From contig CATOSW010000001.1 of NCBI GenBank assembly GCA_951812855.1, forward strand, positions 30,001 through 62,000: 32,000 nt of DNA. Direction: 5' to 3'. The translations under genes were made by a program, and so were the position numbers. Positions 1 to 9,249 of this stretch are shown here, one piece after another. The notes below the pieces were generated by a model. The model was not told where the DNA came from. It saw only the letters and a list, made by a program, of their open reading frames with translations, and did no database searches. How positions within the stretch are numbered: position 1 is the stretch's first letter; each line of letters starts with the position of its first letter. The stretch is from an uncultured Lentisphaeria bacterium. GTDB taxonomy: Bacteria > Verrucomicrobiota > Lentisphaeria > JABSQK01 > JAJFLO01.

Positions 1-82
1 TCTCGCTGCCGACATCGATTGTGTCATCGCAACCGGTGCATGAAGTCCTCGGAGTTCATGTCATACAATTACAAATCAGAAA

Positions 83-119
83 GGCCGGATACTGTGTGTG
101 AGTCCGGCCTTTTCTTTTT
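83..119 (+). terminator. putative rho-independent terminator
   Basis: GGCCGGA (83-89) pairs with TCCGGCC (103-109) across a 13-nt loop, followed by TTTTCTTTTT (110-119). It lies ~40 nt after a frame-2 open frame that enters from the window edge and stops at TGA 41-43 (...LAADIDCVIATGA*). Confidence 0.45.
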
Positions 120-181
120 GGATTCGATTCCGAAACCAATCCGGTGACGACCACGGAATTCGCCATCCCCTGGCGTAGTGG

Positions 182-712
182 CTTGATTCAGTGCTCCGAG
201 GGCAAGGAAACGCTGATCCCTCAGGACGGCCAGGATCTGTCGTTCGGCAATCTGAACCCCTGTTTCCACCTTGCCTTGTCCCGGGGTTTGAGAGACCGTG
301 CGGGAAGAAGGACGACGCAGTAATGATCGGCCATTTCCTGGTCACTGTGGTTGGGGCCCGGTTTGTAACGACAGGGCCGAATCACAGCCGTTTTGGGCTT
401 GGCCGGCACAACTACCGCCGAAGAAGCGGAAAGCCTCGGTGTGGCCTTTGATCCAAGACGAAGACTGCTCATTGAAAATGGCTTCACCGCTAGTCTCGTT
501 ACTCGCCCCAGAGCAGCGATGAACAATGATCTCTCTTCCCCGCACCAGACACTTGTGACACGGCCCTTTGCCCTACCTAATCGACGAACAGTTTGTCCCG
601 GGGGTCGTGATGTTGGCGAATCACCGGCTCGACCTTGCTCGCCCTTTGCCGACAGAGATGGCTGAATTGGTTCAGACCATAACCCTCGGACTAGCGGACC
701 TCCCGATTTGCT
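182..712 (-). pseudogene. istA: IS21-family istA transposase fragment (internal piece, frameshifted)
   Basis: Minus-strand translations in three different frames match the intact IstA at 9250-10854. ETGVQIAERQILAVLRDQRF (ORF 69-269) matches VETGVQIAERQILAVLRDQRF. SSSWIKGHTEAFRFFGG (ORF 342-545) matches SPSWIKGHVGAFRFFGG. PKTAVIRPCRYKPGPNHSDQEMADHY (ORF 221-838) matches PKTAVIRPCRYEPGLNRSYQEMADHY. There is no N-terminal HTH, no C-terminus, no istB and no IS ends. Confidence 0.85.
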
Positions 713-1721
713 ACGGCCCGCGACTAGGCAGCAATGGCCAGTTCGGGTTAGCTTCTTGTTGTTGCCGTATAGCTTCCTCAGCTTTGCGTTGCATAGCAGG
801 TGCGATAATCTCGTCTTGGAACTTCCATACGGCTTCAACCCAGCCGTCCTTGGGAATCAAAAACGCCTCCCCAGGTTCCAATGACTCCTCGTGCCAGCCC
901 TTGTAAGCAAAGGTTGACCCTTTTGGAATGTCCGACGGGTCGACCTCAGCGATGATGCGATCTCGCAAAGCCATAGCTGCCGCCTCAGGCATGTATTCTT
1001 TGGTAGGCCACTGCCGAGACGCATGCAGTTTGTAAACAATGCCTTCAGCGAGATCATGTGCTTTTTCTCCCCAAGTTTCAGGAGGCAACAATTCACCTTT
1101 TCCGTTATAGATTTTCACTGGCACCATTCTGGTGATATGCTGGCCAAATGCATCAAACTGCTCAGTGAATTCCTTTTCCATCCTGATTTCTTCAGGCGGA
1201 TGTTTCGCCGCTTCATGATAATCACCGAGAACCTGAAAAATCCCTGCCACGACGAGCGGATTGTCGTGTCGGTCGTGTTCTTTGAGGATGTGATACAGCT
1301 GCTCAAATCCTTTGCTGAAGCGCCGTTCATTCTCAAAGAACCCCTTCATGAAACCGTGTGCTTTGACGACCGGCCCAAACCTTCGACGGTTCATTCCCCG
1401 CCATGTGCTGGAGTCCTTCGGGTCGTAAAGAGAAGCATCGAACGTCAGGGTAGGATGACGGGTTTCTTTGTAAGGAAAGTTGGCTTTCCAATTGGACAGG
1501 CGCTGGGCTTCCTGCTTGTCATGCGGGCCCTTAATTTGCTCCTTCATCTCCCGCCAAGCCTCGTCGGTGCCCTCAATAGGGCTGGGAACTTCCCTTGCCG
1601 TTTTCTCAAGCGTCGCCACGGGAGCCTCCTTCGCCGGGCGTCTAGGAAACCAAAACCATGTCGAAAGGGCAAGGAGTGTCAGCAAAATGGAGCCCAGCCG
1701 GGAAAGAAATTTTTGTGTCAT
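711..1721 (-). CDS. hypothetical N-terminally membrane-anchored protein, 336 aa (cassette copy 1, component A)
   Basis: Long ORF with a hydrophobic N-terminus (LGSILLTLLALSTWFWF). It is a clear paralog of the 6297-7292 product: NFPYKETRHP vs NFPWKPTRDH, HGFMKGFFENERRF vs HGFLRGFFQNDARF, RHDNPLVVAGIFQVLGDYHEAAKHPPEE vs RDDNPVAIGQSFQNLWDLHEALTHDPEE. Its start overlaps the upstream stop (TGATG at 1719-1723). I recognise no family. Confidence 0.75.
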   Translation of the reverse strand: MTQKFLSRLGSILLTLLALSTWFWFPRRPAKEAPVATLEKTAREVPSPIEGTDEAWREMKEQIKGPHDKQEAQRLSNWKANFPYKETRHPTLTFDASLYDPKDSSTWRGMNRRRFGPVVKAHGFMKGFFENERRFSKGFEQLYHILKEHDRHDNPLVVAGIFQVLGDYHEAAKHPPEEIRMEKEFTEQFDAFGQHITRMVPVKIYNGKGELLPPETWGEKAHDLAEGIVYKLHASRQWPTKEYMPEAAAMALRDRIIAEVDPSDIPKGSTFAYKGWHEESLEPGEAFLIPKDGWVEAVWKFQDEIIAPAMQRKAEEAIRQQQEANPNWPLLPSRGP

Positions 1722-2623
1722 CAGTCTTGGCCTCTCTTTTCTTCCGCCTCATAGGGTTTTCCCTTGGTCTTCGCTCTTAGCTTAGCGGTAAAGTCCGTAA
1801 CTAAAGCCAGTTCCGCCGCTGTGAGGTCACGGCGCGCCCAATAACGCCGCCAAAGACCCGAAGTTTCTGATTTAAGCATTTCCTCGCCGAACCCGAGGAT
1901 GTCTTGGTCTGTGTAATCGTCCTCTTGGGCGGAGAGATAGTAGTAAAAGTTGTCAGGGTTAGGACGCGGAGTGATTTGTAGCCCTTCGCCCTCGACGTAA
2001 TCCACATCGGCAATCTGGCAGGTAGCGGTTACTCTGAAAGTGGAAGGCATGGGGTCGGGAGGATTGGTGCCCGATCTGGAATAGTCAGAGAAAATACGGT
2101 AAGTGGTATCCCAGAAATAATAGTAGACGGTCTCATTGTTGTCGCGCGTGATTCTGTAGCTGTAATCTCGCTCGGTCTTCCCCCAAGTGGCATCCGACTC
2201 TTGCCACCAAGACATCGCGGAACCGTCCGGCAGATAAGAGGTGTGGATGTAATCGTAATTTGTGTCGTGCTCATAATCCGTTTGGGCGGACCGAGTCCCA
2301 AAAAGCAAACCGAAGTACACCCCTGATTCTTCGTCCCCGTAGGAATTAATCGAGATGCCGTCGGCTTCGGCTTTTTGTTCTCCCCAAGTAGCAACGGCTA
2401 TGACCGCTTCAACAGGTTGGAAGGGATCGCTTGGTCGCGGTATGGCGGCCTCGGTGACGTGAGTGAGGATGACAAGTGCACCTGCCATGAGACCCGGGAG
2501 CCCAGTAATGAACCGCCGACTCGACGAACAGCGGGTTTTCCGTATCTGTCTCATGGCTTCCCACAATTTAGAGTGACTGCTTGTCAAAAGAAAGGGCTTT
2601 GTTCTTGATTCGGTTTTGTTCAT
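1721..2623 (-). CDS. hypothetical secreted protein, 300 aa, Tat-like signal (cassette copy 1, component B)
   Basis: Long ORF. The N-terminus carries SSRRFITGLPGLMAGALVILTHVTEA, which resembles a twin-arginine signal (S-R-R-x-F). An internal Met at 2554 is an alternative start. The mature part is rich in Y, W, D and T. The gene is translationally coupled to 711-1721. Confidence 0.65.
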   Translation of the reverse strand: MNKTESRTKPFLLTSSHSKLWEAMRQIRKTRCSSSRRFITGLPGLMAGALVILTHVTEAAIPRPSDPFQPVEAVIAVATWGEQKAEADGISINSYGDEESGVYFGLLFGTRSAQTDYEHDTNYDYIHTSYLPDGSAMSWWQESDATWGKTERDYSYRITRDNNETVYYYFWDTTYRIFSDYSRSGTNPPDPMPSTFRVTATCQIADVDYVEGEGLQITPRPNPDNFYYYLSAQEDDYTDQDILGFGEEMLKSETSGLWRRYWARRDLTAAELALVTDFTAKLRAKTKGKPYEAEEKRGQD

Positions 2624-2871
2624 TAGAGTTATCTTCGGTTGAAGTTTGAAATTTACCGCCCCGGGGAAAGCGCTATGGATCCTCGGAGCGTTTCTTTTTT
2701 AACCTGGGCTCCCCATTGGGCTCTTTCGCGTTTCGCAAAGAGACTTCTGGACGAGGATGGCGGCAGATTGGTGAGAGCATGTCCTTTTGTCAATCGTAAT
2801 ACACAGGGGCTATTTAAGTAACGTCATCTTTCAATTTAATACGTGATGTTTTCTATCATTAAGAAACGATA

Positions 2872-3108
2872 ATGAAAAGGAAGAAGAAACGGCTTGGTGG
2901 TCGCCGCCCGGGGGCGGGAAGAAAGTCCTTGGGGCACGTTAGAGTGCAGATGTATTTGCCTCGCGAGGGGCTGGCGGCCCTGGACACGCTGCGGGGAGAT
3001 TCCCCTCGCGGCCAATGGGTCTCTGAGCTCGTGCTGGAGGAATTACTTAGGCGACGGCAGGCGGCGAAGGAAGCCAGGGCCGCCCGGAAGGCCGCGAAAC
3101 GGAAATGA
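2872..3108 (+). CDS. small basic ribbon-helix-helix-like DNA-binding protein, 78 aa
   Basis: Basic AT-hook-like tail (KKKRLGGRRPGAGRK), then a strand-helix-helix pattern (VRVQMYLPREGLAALDTL..RGQWVSELVLEELL), then a Lys/Arg/Ala-rich tail. It competes with overlapping ORFs 2859-3167(-) and 2894-3310(+), which look non-protein-like. Confidence 0.5.
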   Translation: MKRKKKRLGGRRPGAGRKSLGHVRVQMYLPREGLAALDTLRGDSPRGQWVSELVLEELLRRRQAAKEARAARKAAKRK

Positions 3109-3513
3109 TTCGCCGCAGCGTGTAAAAGGCCTTGCCTTCCGTTGGGGGTGCCAAGAAAAGTCTCCACCTTCGTTGCCGCATTTCATCTCTGAACCTTGGA
3201 ACGCGACTGTGATCAATACCCCAACTCGCCAGGGTTCTCTAGTCTCGCTAGAACACCACGTTCTCAAATCCCAAGAAAATACCTTTTTCATCTGCTCCTT
3301 CTGGAAATGATTTTGGCAGACCCTATAACTCGAGTGTTGCTGTTGGCAATCCGCCGCGACCAGGTCCCCGAGTGTTATGGGACAGGGAAAGAGGAAGGCG
3401 GACTGATGGTGTCTTGAGGGAAAGACACAGCCATCGTGTGCATGCCGATGAAATTGGCTCCCGGCGCGAATCGATGAGTAACGGTTTCCTCTAATTTGAG
3501 TCAACAGGTGAGA

Positions 3514-3535
3514 GGGTGTGATTATTAGTGCGGGG
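3514..3535 (+). repeat. terminal inverted repeat of ISKra4-like IS (3'-side of transposase)
   Basis: GGGTGTGATTATTAGTGCGGGG matches the reverse complement of 4889-4910 at 18/22 positions. Confidence 0.75.
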
Positions 3536-3539
3536 CAGG

Positions 3540-4799
3540 TTAGGCTGCAATTTTGCTCAATTCAGGGTTCCAGTAGGATGACCATGGTTCATTGAGCTTT
3601 GCGCTCCGAAGCCTCGCCATCGATTCGAGATTGTCTTCAAGCCATGCCGCTCCAGAGCTTTTTTGAGCCGCGCTTGGAGCGCGTGTTTGTGACCACTTTC
3701 TATCGTTCCTGAGCCTATCAGCAGACCTTGATCCTGTGCTTCTTTGTAATGCAGGTGGTCTTTTCGATTCTCCAGGTAGCGTAGGGCTGCTCTTACCGGT
3801 GCCGCTTCTTCGGCGACCGTCTCGGGCCCGACATACTCTTGTAGTTCTTTGAATACTTTTTCCTTCTGTCCTGCCTTTAACCGTCGCTGTTGAGTTCGAA
3901 GCCATTGCAGCGGGTTCTTCGGTCAGTACACTTCGCCCGCCTCTCCCTGGTATTCACTACCATGGTAGAAGTCCACCAAGTATTTGCTTTGGGAACCAAA
4001 AACTTCGTCGCATAGATTTTGGATCCAGAGAGCCCCGTCACTGACCACGTGAACTTCGCTCTGGAGGCCCAGCCTCAAGGGCCGCTCGACCCCACTGGCG
4101 ACCACTTCGTTCAACTGACTCCATGCTGGCTGCATAGACGGGTTTCTCCGCCCCGTACGCTTGAACGCTGACCAGCCGTATTTCTCGCCATTGACGAGGT
4201 CGTTTCGCATTTCGCTCCAGGCCTGGACCGACGGTCCGTGCCATACTTCCATCGGCCTGGGCAATGAGTTGCTTGGCCCCGATTGCCGGCATGGACCGAT
4301 ACGAACATTCTTCTTGTTGGCGCTGCTGTTTACTGATCGCATCGGCATGCTTGAGGGTGACTTGCCTCAGAGTGCTCTTGGAGGTCTCTATTCCCAGCAA
4401 CTCCTCTGCAGCCTCACTGGCGGATTGGAAACTATGATCGGCACCGAGCCAACTCATGCCTCGCTCAAGCCGACGGGAACACCCTCGGGGCGTGACACCA
4501 AGTCGTTGGGGCAGGATCCGTAGATAGCTTTGGGTCTCCGTGCGCCAAACCCGTTCGATTACTTCAACTTTTCCGAACCGGGACCACCACCAGAAGTTTT
4601 TTTCGCGTTGCTGAAACTTAGGATGCTCGGACCGTTGCTCCTGGACATGCTGTTCCTCGACGTTCTTCGCCCAGCGACCCTGCGCTTTGTCCCCTAACAC
4701 GCCAACTTCCTTGATCAGTTGATCCTCAATGTCATGAGCATCCAGATTCTTGTCGGTATTCTCGGCCAAATCCAGAATCGGCTTGATCTGTTCGAGCAA
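3540..4799 (-). pseudogene. ISKra4-family DDE transposase, at least 3 frame disruptions
   Basis: Family-typical motifs are spread over different frames. EVHVVSDGALWIQN and VDFYH are in ORF 3923-4348. LLIGSGTIESGHKHALQARLK is in an unlisted frame at ~3665-3915. GAAWLEDNLESMARLRSAKLNEPWSSYW is in ORF 3540-3905. Frame changes occur near 4100-4125, at the stop at 3923-3925, and at a T6 homopolymer at 3659-3664. Confidence 0.8.
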
Positions 4800-4888
4800 C
4801 TCTGGATGGCGATGAAGTTTTCGAAGACTGCCAATTCCTCGTCGCTGAACTTTAATGCATTAATACAAGCTTTTCCTGCAATTTAATT

Positions 4889-4910
4889 CCCCTTACTTGT
4901 AATCACACCC
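4889..4910 (-). repeat. terminal inverted repeat of ISKra4-like IS (5'-side of transposase)
   Basis: CCCCTTACTTGTAATCACACCC is the reverse-complement partner of 3514-3535. Confidence 0.75.
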
Positions 4911-5288
4911 ACCCTGGTTCCACTGGCTCAGGGTAAACGCATCTAAAATCTTTGAAAGAAGGATGGATATGCCCCGAAAATGGTGCTTCGGGTGGATTCC
5001 GAGTTCCAGTCTACGTCAAGAGCCCGTGCAATGTTTGGCTCTCTTCAAGAAAAACGCGAATTCATTGGGAATTTAGATGCGTCTTCCCTGGCCACTGGCT
5101 TCATCCAAATTGACAGGGTGCGTCCGTAACTTTACCCTGATGGCGTCTTTACTGATGCAGAGTGGAGCATGCAAAGGATGGAAACAAACGCACAGGAAAA
5201 CTTCACGGTCGATCACTTCGGTTGGAAAATCGAGTTGATAGATCTAGGTTCAAGACTCCGATTCATAGTGGGTGAGTAGCAAAAACGT

Positions 5289-6293
5289 ATGATTATGAAA
5301 AACTATACTGAATATAATACCCCAAGAATTCGAGGTATTCGCATACTGACTGAATTTCTCCTCGTAGGTTCATTAGTCGGGAGTAGTCAGCAAACATCCG
5401 CTGCAATTGCTCCAGCCGTGAGACCACTTGGTAATTGGATTGTTCAACGCATTGTTCCTGGCCTGGGAGGCGTTGGGTATGGGGTTGCCGGAAACTTCGT
5501 TTACGATCAGGCGCGCAACGCATGGGTCTGGACGACACCTAACACACGGAACGGCACAATCACTGTCGCGCCGTCAATCGTCGTTGATTCGAGTTCAAGG
5601 GAAACTGCTCACTGGTATGGTAACGAAGACGTGGGAGGTTCCAACGGTTCAGCCATATACGAGGACCGGGAGTTCGGCCGGTATGACATCACGATTCAAC
5701 AGATTACTTGGGACCCAGATACTGAGAAGTTCGTTGGAGGTCACACCCACACCTATAACGGCGGGTCGTTTCAAACCTCCTGGGGGGCTTACATGACGGC
5801 TCAGAAGGGTTCAGATGGCAATTGGGCCTCTGGTGGTTGGTATTTAGTGACGGGGGACGCAGAAAAGAGTTCGGTTACTCACTCAATAAAATCCACGGCA
5901 AATGTTGGAGACTTTACTCTGAGAGCGATTGGCGACCCCGGCTACAAAGCTACCGTGCGATACTTGCGAGCAAACATGCGCTATCAAGGCGGTGGAAACT
6001 GGAGGTATCAGCCAGACATTAAACTCCACAAAAGAGAACGAAACCTTAGTGCTGTCCGAGATGATCGGACCACCGTGGATCTTGTTGATACAAACACTAA
6101 GTTGACCAGCAAAACGGTAACTGGAGGCTCTCGTTTGCGCTGGGTGATAAAGTCTGTTCCAGTCACGGTTGTGCTACAGAGACAAACCTATACGTTCGAT
6201 GAGAATAACCTCCGAATCCCTGGCCCAATTGAAGATGACCGGCAAGAAACTAACGCGCCAGTCTGGGACATTGAACAGACAGTATCCAATTAG
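5289..6293 (+). CDS. hypothetical secreted protein, 334 aa (cassette copy 2, component B)
   Basis: Long ORF with a signal-like N-terminus (IRILTEFLLVGSLVGSSQQTSAA). It is rich in G, T, W and Y. It shows only weak local similarity to the 1721-2623 product (HTHTYNGGSFQTSWG vs HTSYLPDGSAMSWW) but occupies the same position, directly upstream of the conserved partner (3-nt gap). Confidence 0.7.
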   Translation: MIMKNYTEYNTPRIRGIRILTEFLLVGSLVGSSQQTSAAIAPAVRPLGNWIVQRIVPGLGGVGYGVAGNFVYDQARNAWVWTTPNTRNGTITVAPSIVVDSSSRETAHWYGNEDVGGSNGSAIYEDREFGRYDITIQQITWDPDTEKFVGGHTHTYNGGSFQTSWGAYMTAQKGSDGNWASGGWYLVTGDAEKSSVTHSIKSTANVGDFTLRAIGDPGYKATVRYLRANMRYQGGGNWRYQPDIKLHKRERNLSAVRDDRTTVDLVDTNTKLTSKTVTGGSRLRWVIKSVPVTVVLQRQTYTFDENNLRIPGPIEDDRQETNAPVWDIEQTVSN

Positions 6294-6296
6294 GTC

Positions 6297-7292
6297 ATGA
6301 AAACCAGACAGACACTCATCGCCGGTGTTGCCGCTCTGACTGTAGCGCTTATTTTGGGGTTCTTGTTTCGCAGTCAGATTTCCGGCGCCTTTACTCCCGT
6401 CGAACAACAAAATCTTGGAACTTTGCAGAGCGATGATGCCTCGCCCGGTCCTGAGGAATATCACGCGACGCTTTCAAAGCTCAAACGATTGGCTGAACAG
6501 AAAGCTATAGATCAAACGGAAGCGCAACGAGAGGCATGGAAGAAGAACTTTCCATGGAAACCTACTCGGGACCATGATGTTGTCGTCACGCAGACAATCC
6601 TCAATTCGGGCTATGCTGAGCCCATGCTTGAAAACCATGGATTTTTAAGAGGTTTTTTTCAGAATGACGCTCGTTTTACTCCACAGTTCCAAAAGTTCTA
6701 TGAAATCGTAAGTGACTACGGTCGTGATGATAATCCGGTTGCCATTGGACAGTCGTTCCAAAACCTCTGGGACCTGCATGAGGCTCTAACACATGATCCA
6801 GAAGAAGTTCTAATGAATTCCGATGGGACCCCAGCTACTTATATAGAGGCATGGGAGACAAACGATGCACAGAAACCTTTAACCTATGGGGTCTTAACGA
6901 GAAAGCTCTGGGGTAGTATTGGTTCCTTCCTGCACGACCAACGTGACTGGCCAGAAAAAGATCCTGAGCAGTTGCCGCCACCTGAAATTCAGAAAGTCAT
7001 TCAACGATTGTTTACCGAGGTTCAAGGGATGGATTCGATTCCTGACCCCGAGTTTGCCTTCAACGGCGGTTATGAAGATGAATTGAAAGTCGGGGACATC
7101 CCTTTGGTCCCTCGTGTCGGATGGCAGGCAGCACACGATAAATGGAACGAGGGAGTTCAAGATCAACCGTATGGCTTTGCCTATTTGGTTGACCCGACGG
7201 GCGAGAGTCATGCCATGATCAAAGATGCAGACGATAGCTTGATCAGTCCGTTGAGCGCCGCCCAAATTGAACAACTCAACGGGAAGGAGTGA
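6297..7292 (+). CDS. hypothetical N-terminally membrane-anchored protein, 331 aa (cassette copy 2, component A)
   Basis: Long ORF with an N-terminal TM segment (LIAGVAALTVALILGFLF). It is a paralog of the 711-1721 product (motifs listed there). Confidence 0.8.
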   Translation: MKTRQTLIAGVAALTVALILGFLFRSQISGAFTPVEQQNLGTLQSDDASPGPEEYHATLSKLKRLAEQKAIDQTEAQREAWKKNFPWKPTRDHDVVVTQTILNSGYAEPMLENHGFLRGFFQNDARFTPQFQKFYEIVSDYGRDDNPVAIGQSFQNLWDLHEALTHDPEEVLMNSDGTPATYIEAWETNDAQKPLTYGVLTRKLWGSIGSFLHDQRDWPEKDPEQLPPPEIQKVIQRLFTEVQGMDSIPDPEFAFNGGYEDELKVGDIPLVPRVGWQAAHDKWNEGVQDQPYGFAYLVDPTGESHAMIKDADDSLISPLSAAQIEQLNGKE

Positions 7293-7658
7293 AAGTTTCG
7301 TGGATTGGGTTGAAGTGTCCTCGTGAAACATGGCGTGGCTCTTGATTGGGCTCTTCTGTCATCACATGTTGACGCCTGCATTCTAGGTTGTTGGGCTTGA
7401 ACTCACTTGTGAACTGTCGTCTCTGCATTTCAGGTCCCTCGCGTTAAGAGAATCCCGTGTCCGCTTTTCTCAGGACACATCAGTAAAGGGGAGAGATGAG
7501 AAGACTTCGAGACTCACCTCACTAGGCCGATCAAGTTCCACTTCAACAAGAATTGGTTGACTCTTCTTCTGAGGTTCAAGCCCCCGCCTTCGCCACGAGC
7601 AGAGCATCGTGTAGTTGACATCGCTGGACTTCGACAAGGTCGGGTGAAATCAGTTTGC

Positions 7659-8122
7659 TCAATTCAAAGTCCCATTTCTCCGTGTTTTTAGGTCACCCTG
7701 AGACCCGTGAAGCGGGTCGTCGGTAACGTCAGGGTCCAACACGATACGCTTGGTTCGTTTACTTAAAGAGCGGACATGCTCATGAATGAAGAAGGGCTCA
7801 ATAGTCGCTTTCTCACCCACGATTTTCTGATGCCGGTGGCTGGCGTCGGCATCGCCTGGGGTGAATTTTAAGCGATTGAGCGTGCTCTTGCCACAGAGCG
7901 GCGCGAGCAGTGGACCGGACTTGAGCCGCTCGTGGTCATTGCGGTCTTCATAGCCCAGCGCCAAGCCATAGATTCGCTGTCCCATGAGATCCAACAAACG
8001 ATGTTCCACTCGCTTAGGGTCACGATGGTCGGTAAAGCATTGGCAAAACCGTTTCACGTGTTCCAAAGACCGATCCATCCGGGCTAAGAGAATACCTCCG
8101 CCGTCACTTTTGAGGAAGCCAC
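7659..8122 (-). pseudogene. IS1380-family transposase N-terminal remnant, interrupted by IS21 and 3'-truncated
   Basis: Carries FLKSDGGGILLARMDRSL..CFTDHRDPKRVEHRLLDLMGQRIYGLALGYEDRNDHERL and DPDVTDDPLHGSQ, which are typical IS1380-family N-terminal motifs. The first 8 codons of the listed ORF (MSEFIGIR) are IS21 end sequence. The frame continues across the IS21 insertion at 11117-11147 (..PGERRFEGG) but meets an in-frame TAA there. Only ~150 of the ~450 aa expected remain. Confidence 0.75.
8118..8122. repeat. 5-bp target-site duplication (GCCAC), left copy
   Basis: GCCAC lies immediately outside the TG end of the IS21 element. An identical GCCAC at 11117-11121 lies immediately outside the CA end. 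Confidence 0.8.
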
Positions 8123-8148
8123 TGCGTATTCCGATGAATTCGGACACC
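8123..8148 (+). repeat. IS21 terminal inverted repeat (istB-proximal end)
   Basis: TGCGTATTCCGATGAATTCGGACACC aligns with the reverse complement of 11090-11116, TGCGTATTCCGGCGTTTGTCGGACACC. Confidence 0.85.
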
Positions 8149-8453
8149 CATTCCGATCCATATCGGACAGTGATTCCGATTCAGTTCGGACACTTTTCGG
8201 AGCGGAGCGACGCTGTGGTTGGATTCATAGTGGGGAAGACCGTCTCCGTCAAGGTTGGCCGGTTGGCTCTGGAGGCTCTTTACCGAGCCTTCAGGCGAGG
8301 CCCCTCCAGACTAAGTCTGGGGGCGTGACTGCGCCGTCGATTGGGGCGGGAGGGCGAGCGGCGGCGACGGCTCCCCGAGCCGCAGCTCGCGTTGCCGCCG
8401 GTCGCTACGCGTAACGGACTCGCCCCTCCCGCTTCAATAGGCGCACCAGGGAC

Positions 8454-9233
8454 TTACTGCGAGCCTTGGGATTTTAGGTCCGAAGGTTTTTTCTTGGGGG
8501 CGGAGCGAGCTTTGAGCTTGCGAACCGATTCCCCTTGCAGCGCGATCCGGTAGGCACCGTGGGCCAAGCGGTCCATGATGGCATCGGCAACGGTGGTGTC
8601 GCCGATGATCTGATGCCAGTCCTCAACTGGTAATTGACTGGTGATCAGGGTGGCTCCCTGACCGTGACGGTCATCAAGAACTTCTAGGAGATCTCGATAT
8701 TGTTGAGGCGTTACACTGGCAATTCCCAAGTCATCAATAATCAACAGCGATACTCGAGCCAGTTTCTTCAGGAGTTGGGGAAGGCTTCCGTCTGCCCGGG
8801 CAATCTGAAGCGCCCGGAAGAACTTGGGAACGTAGTAGTAGAGGGTGCGATGTCCCAAGACACACGAGTGGTGTCCCAAAGCACAAGATAGGAAGGTCTT
8901 GCCCGTTCCCGTCGCTCCGGTGATAAGACAGTTGCGATTTTCGTTTACCCATTGCGATTGGCGAAGTTGTTCGATCTGGGCGCGCTTGAGACCCCGTGGG
9001 AGTCGAAAGTCCAGCTCTTCCAGTGTGCATTGGATCTTGAACCCTGCGTATTTCTTTCGCGTTTCCAATCCCCGATTTTCTTTCCAAGCCCACTGTCGTT
9101 GGGCCAGCAACCCAAGCCGTTCTTCAAAGTCCAGATCAGTGATGTCGTTCTGGTGCCGTTGTTCCTCCAAGCCTTGCGCCATTCCTTCCAATCGGAGAGC
9201 GCGCAGGATTTCTAATGTTTGTGATGTAAGCAT
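8454..9233 (-). CDS. istB: IS21 helper ATPase IstB, 259 aa
   Basis: Walker A is ITGATGTGKTFL and Walker B is LLIIDDLG. The gene lies 16 nt downstream of istA on the same strand. Confidence 0.95.
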   Translation of the reverse strand: MLTSQTLEILRALRLEGMAQGLEEQRHQNDITDLDFEERLGLLAQRQWAWKENRGLETRKKYAGFKIQCTLEELDFRLPRGLKRAQIEQLRQSQWVNENRNCLITGATGTGKTFLSCALGHHSCVLGHRTLYYYVPKFFRALQIARADGSLPQLLKKLARVSLLIIDDLGIASVTPQQYRDLLEVLDDRHGQGATLITSQLPVEDWHQIIGDTTVADAIMDRLAHGAYRIALQGESVRKLKARSAPKKKPSDLKSQGSQ

Positions 9234-9249
9234 AGGTCAGTGATTCAGA

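Larger units (their letters stand above)
3514..4910 (-). mobile_element. ISKra4-like insertion sequence (~1.4 kb) with decayed transposase
   Basis: Bounded by 22-bp terminal inverted repeats: GGGTGTGATTATTAGTGCGGGG at 3514-3535 and the reverse complement of 4889-4910, GGGTGTGATTACAAGTAAGGGG (18/22 match). These enclose a single DDE transposase reading frame set. I saw no target-site duplication. Confidence 0.75.

Noticed and set aside
3196-3417. Possible truncated PIN/VapC toxin downstream of the RHH gene (MILADPITRVLLLAIRR from ATG 3307)
   Set aside because: Only a 36-aa frame with a superficial MILxD resemblance. It is separated from the RHH stop by ~200 nt, whereas toxin-antitoxin pairs are usually contiguous. 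No further PIN motifs are present.
7560-7600. tRNA-like T-arm string GGTTCAAGCCCCC
   Set aside because: The flanking bases do not form a T-stem or an acceptor stem, so no cloverleaf can be drawn.
8341-8553. 70-aa ORF and GC-rich long hairpin (GCGGGAGGGCGAG ... CTCGCCCCTCCCGC) inside the IS21 element
   Set aside because: It lies in the non-coding istB-distal end of the IS, where the ORF has no protein-like features. The hairpin is probably an IS-internal structure or the istB terminator, not a separate feature.
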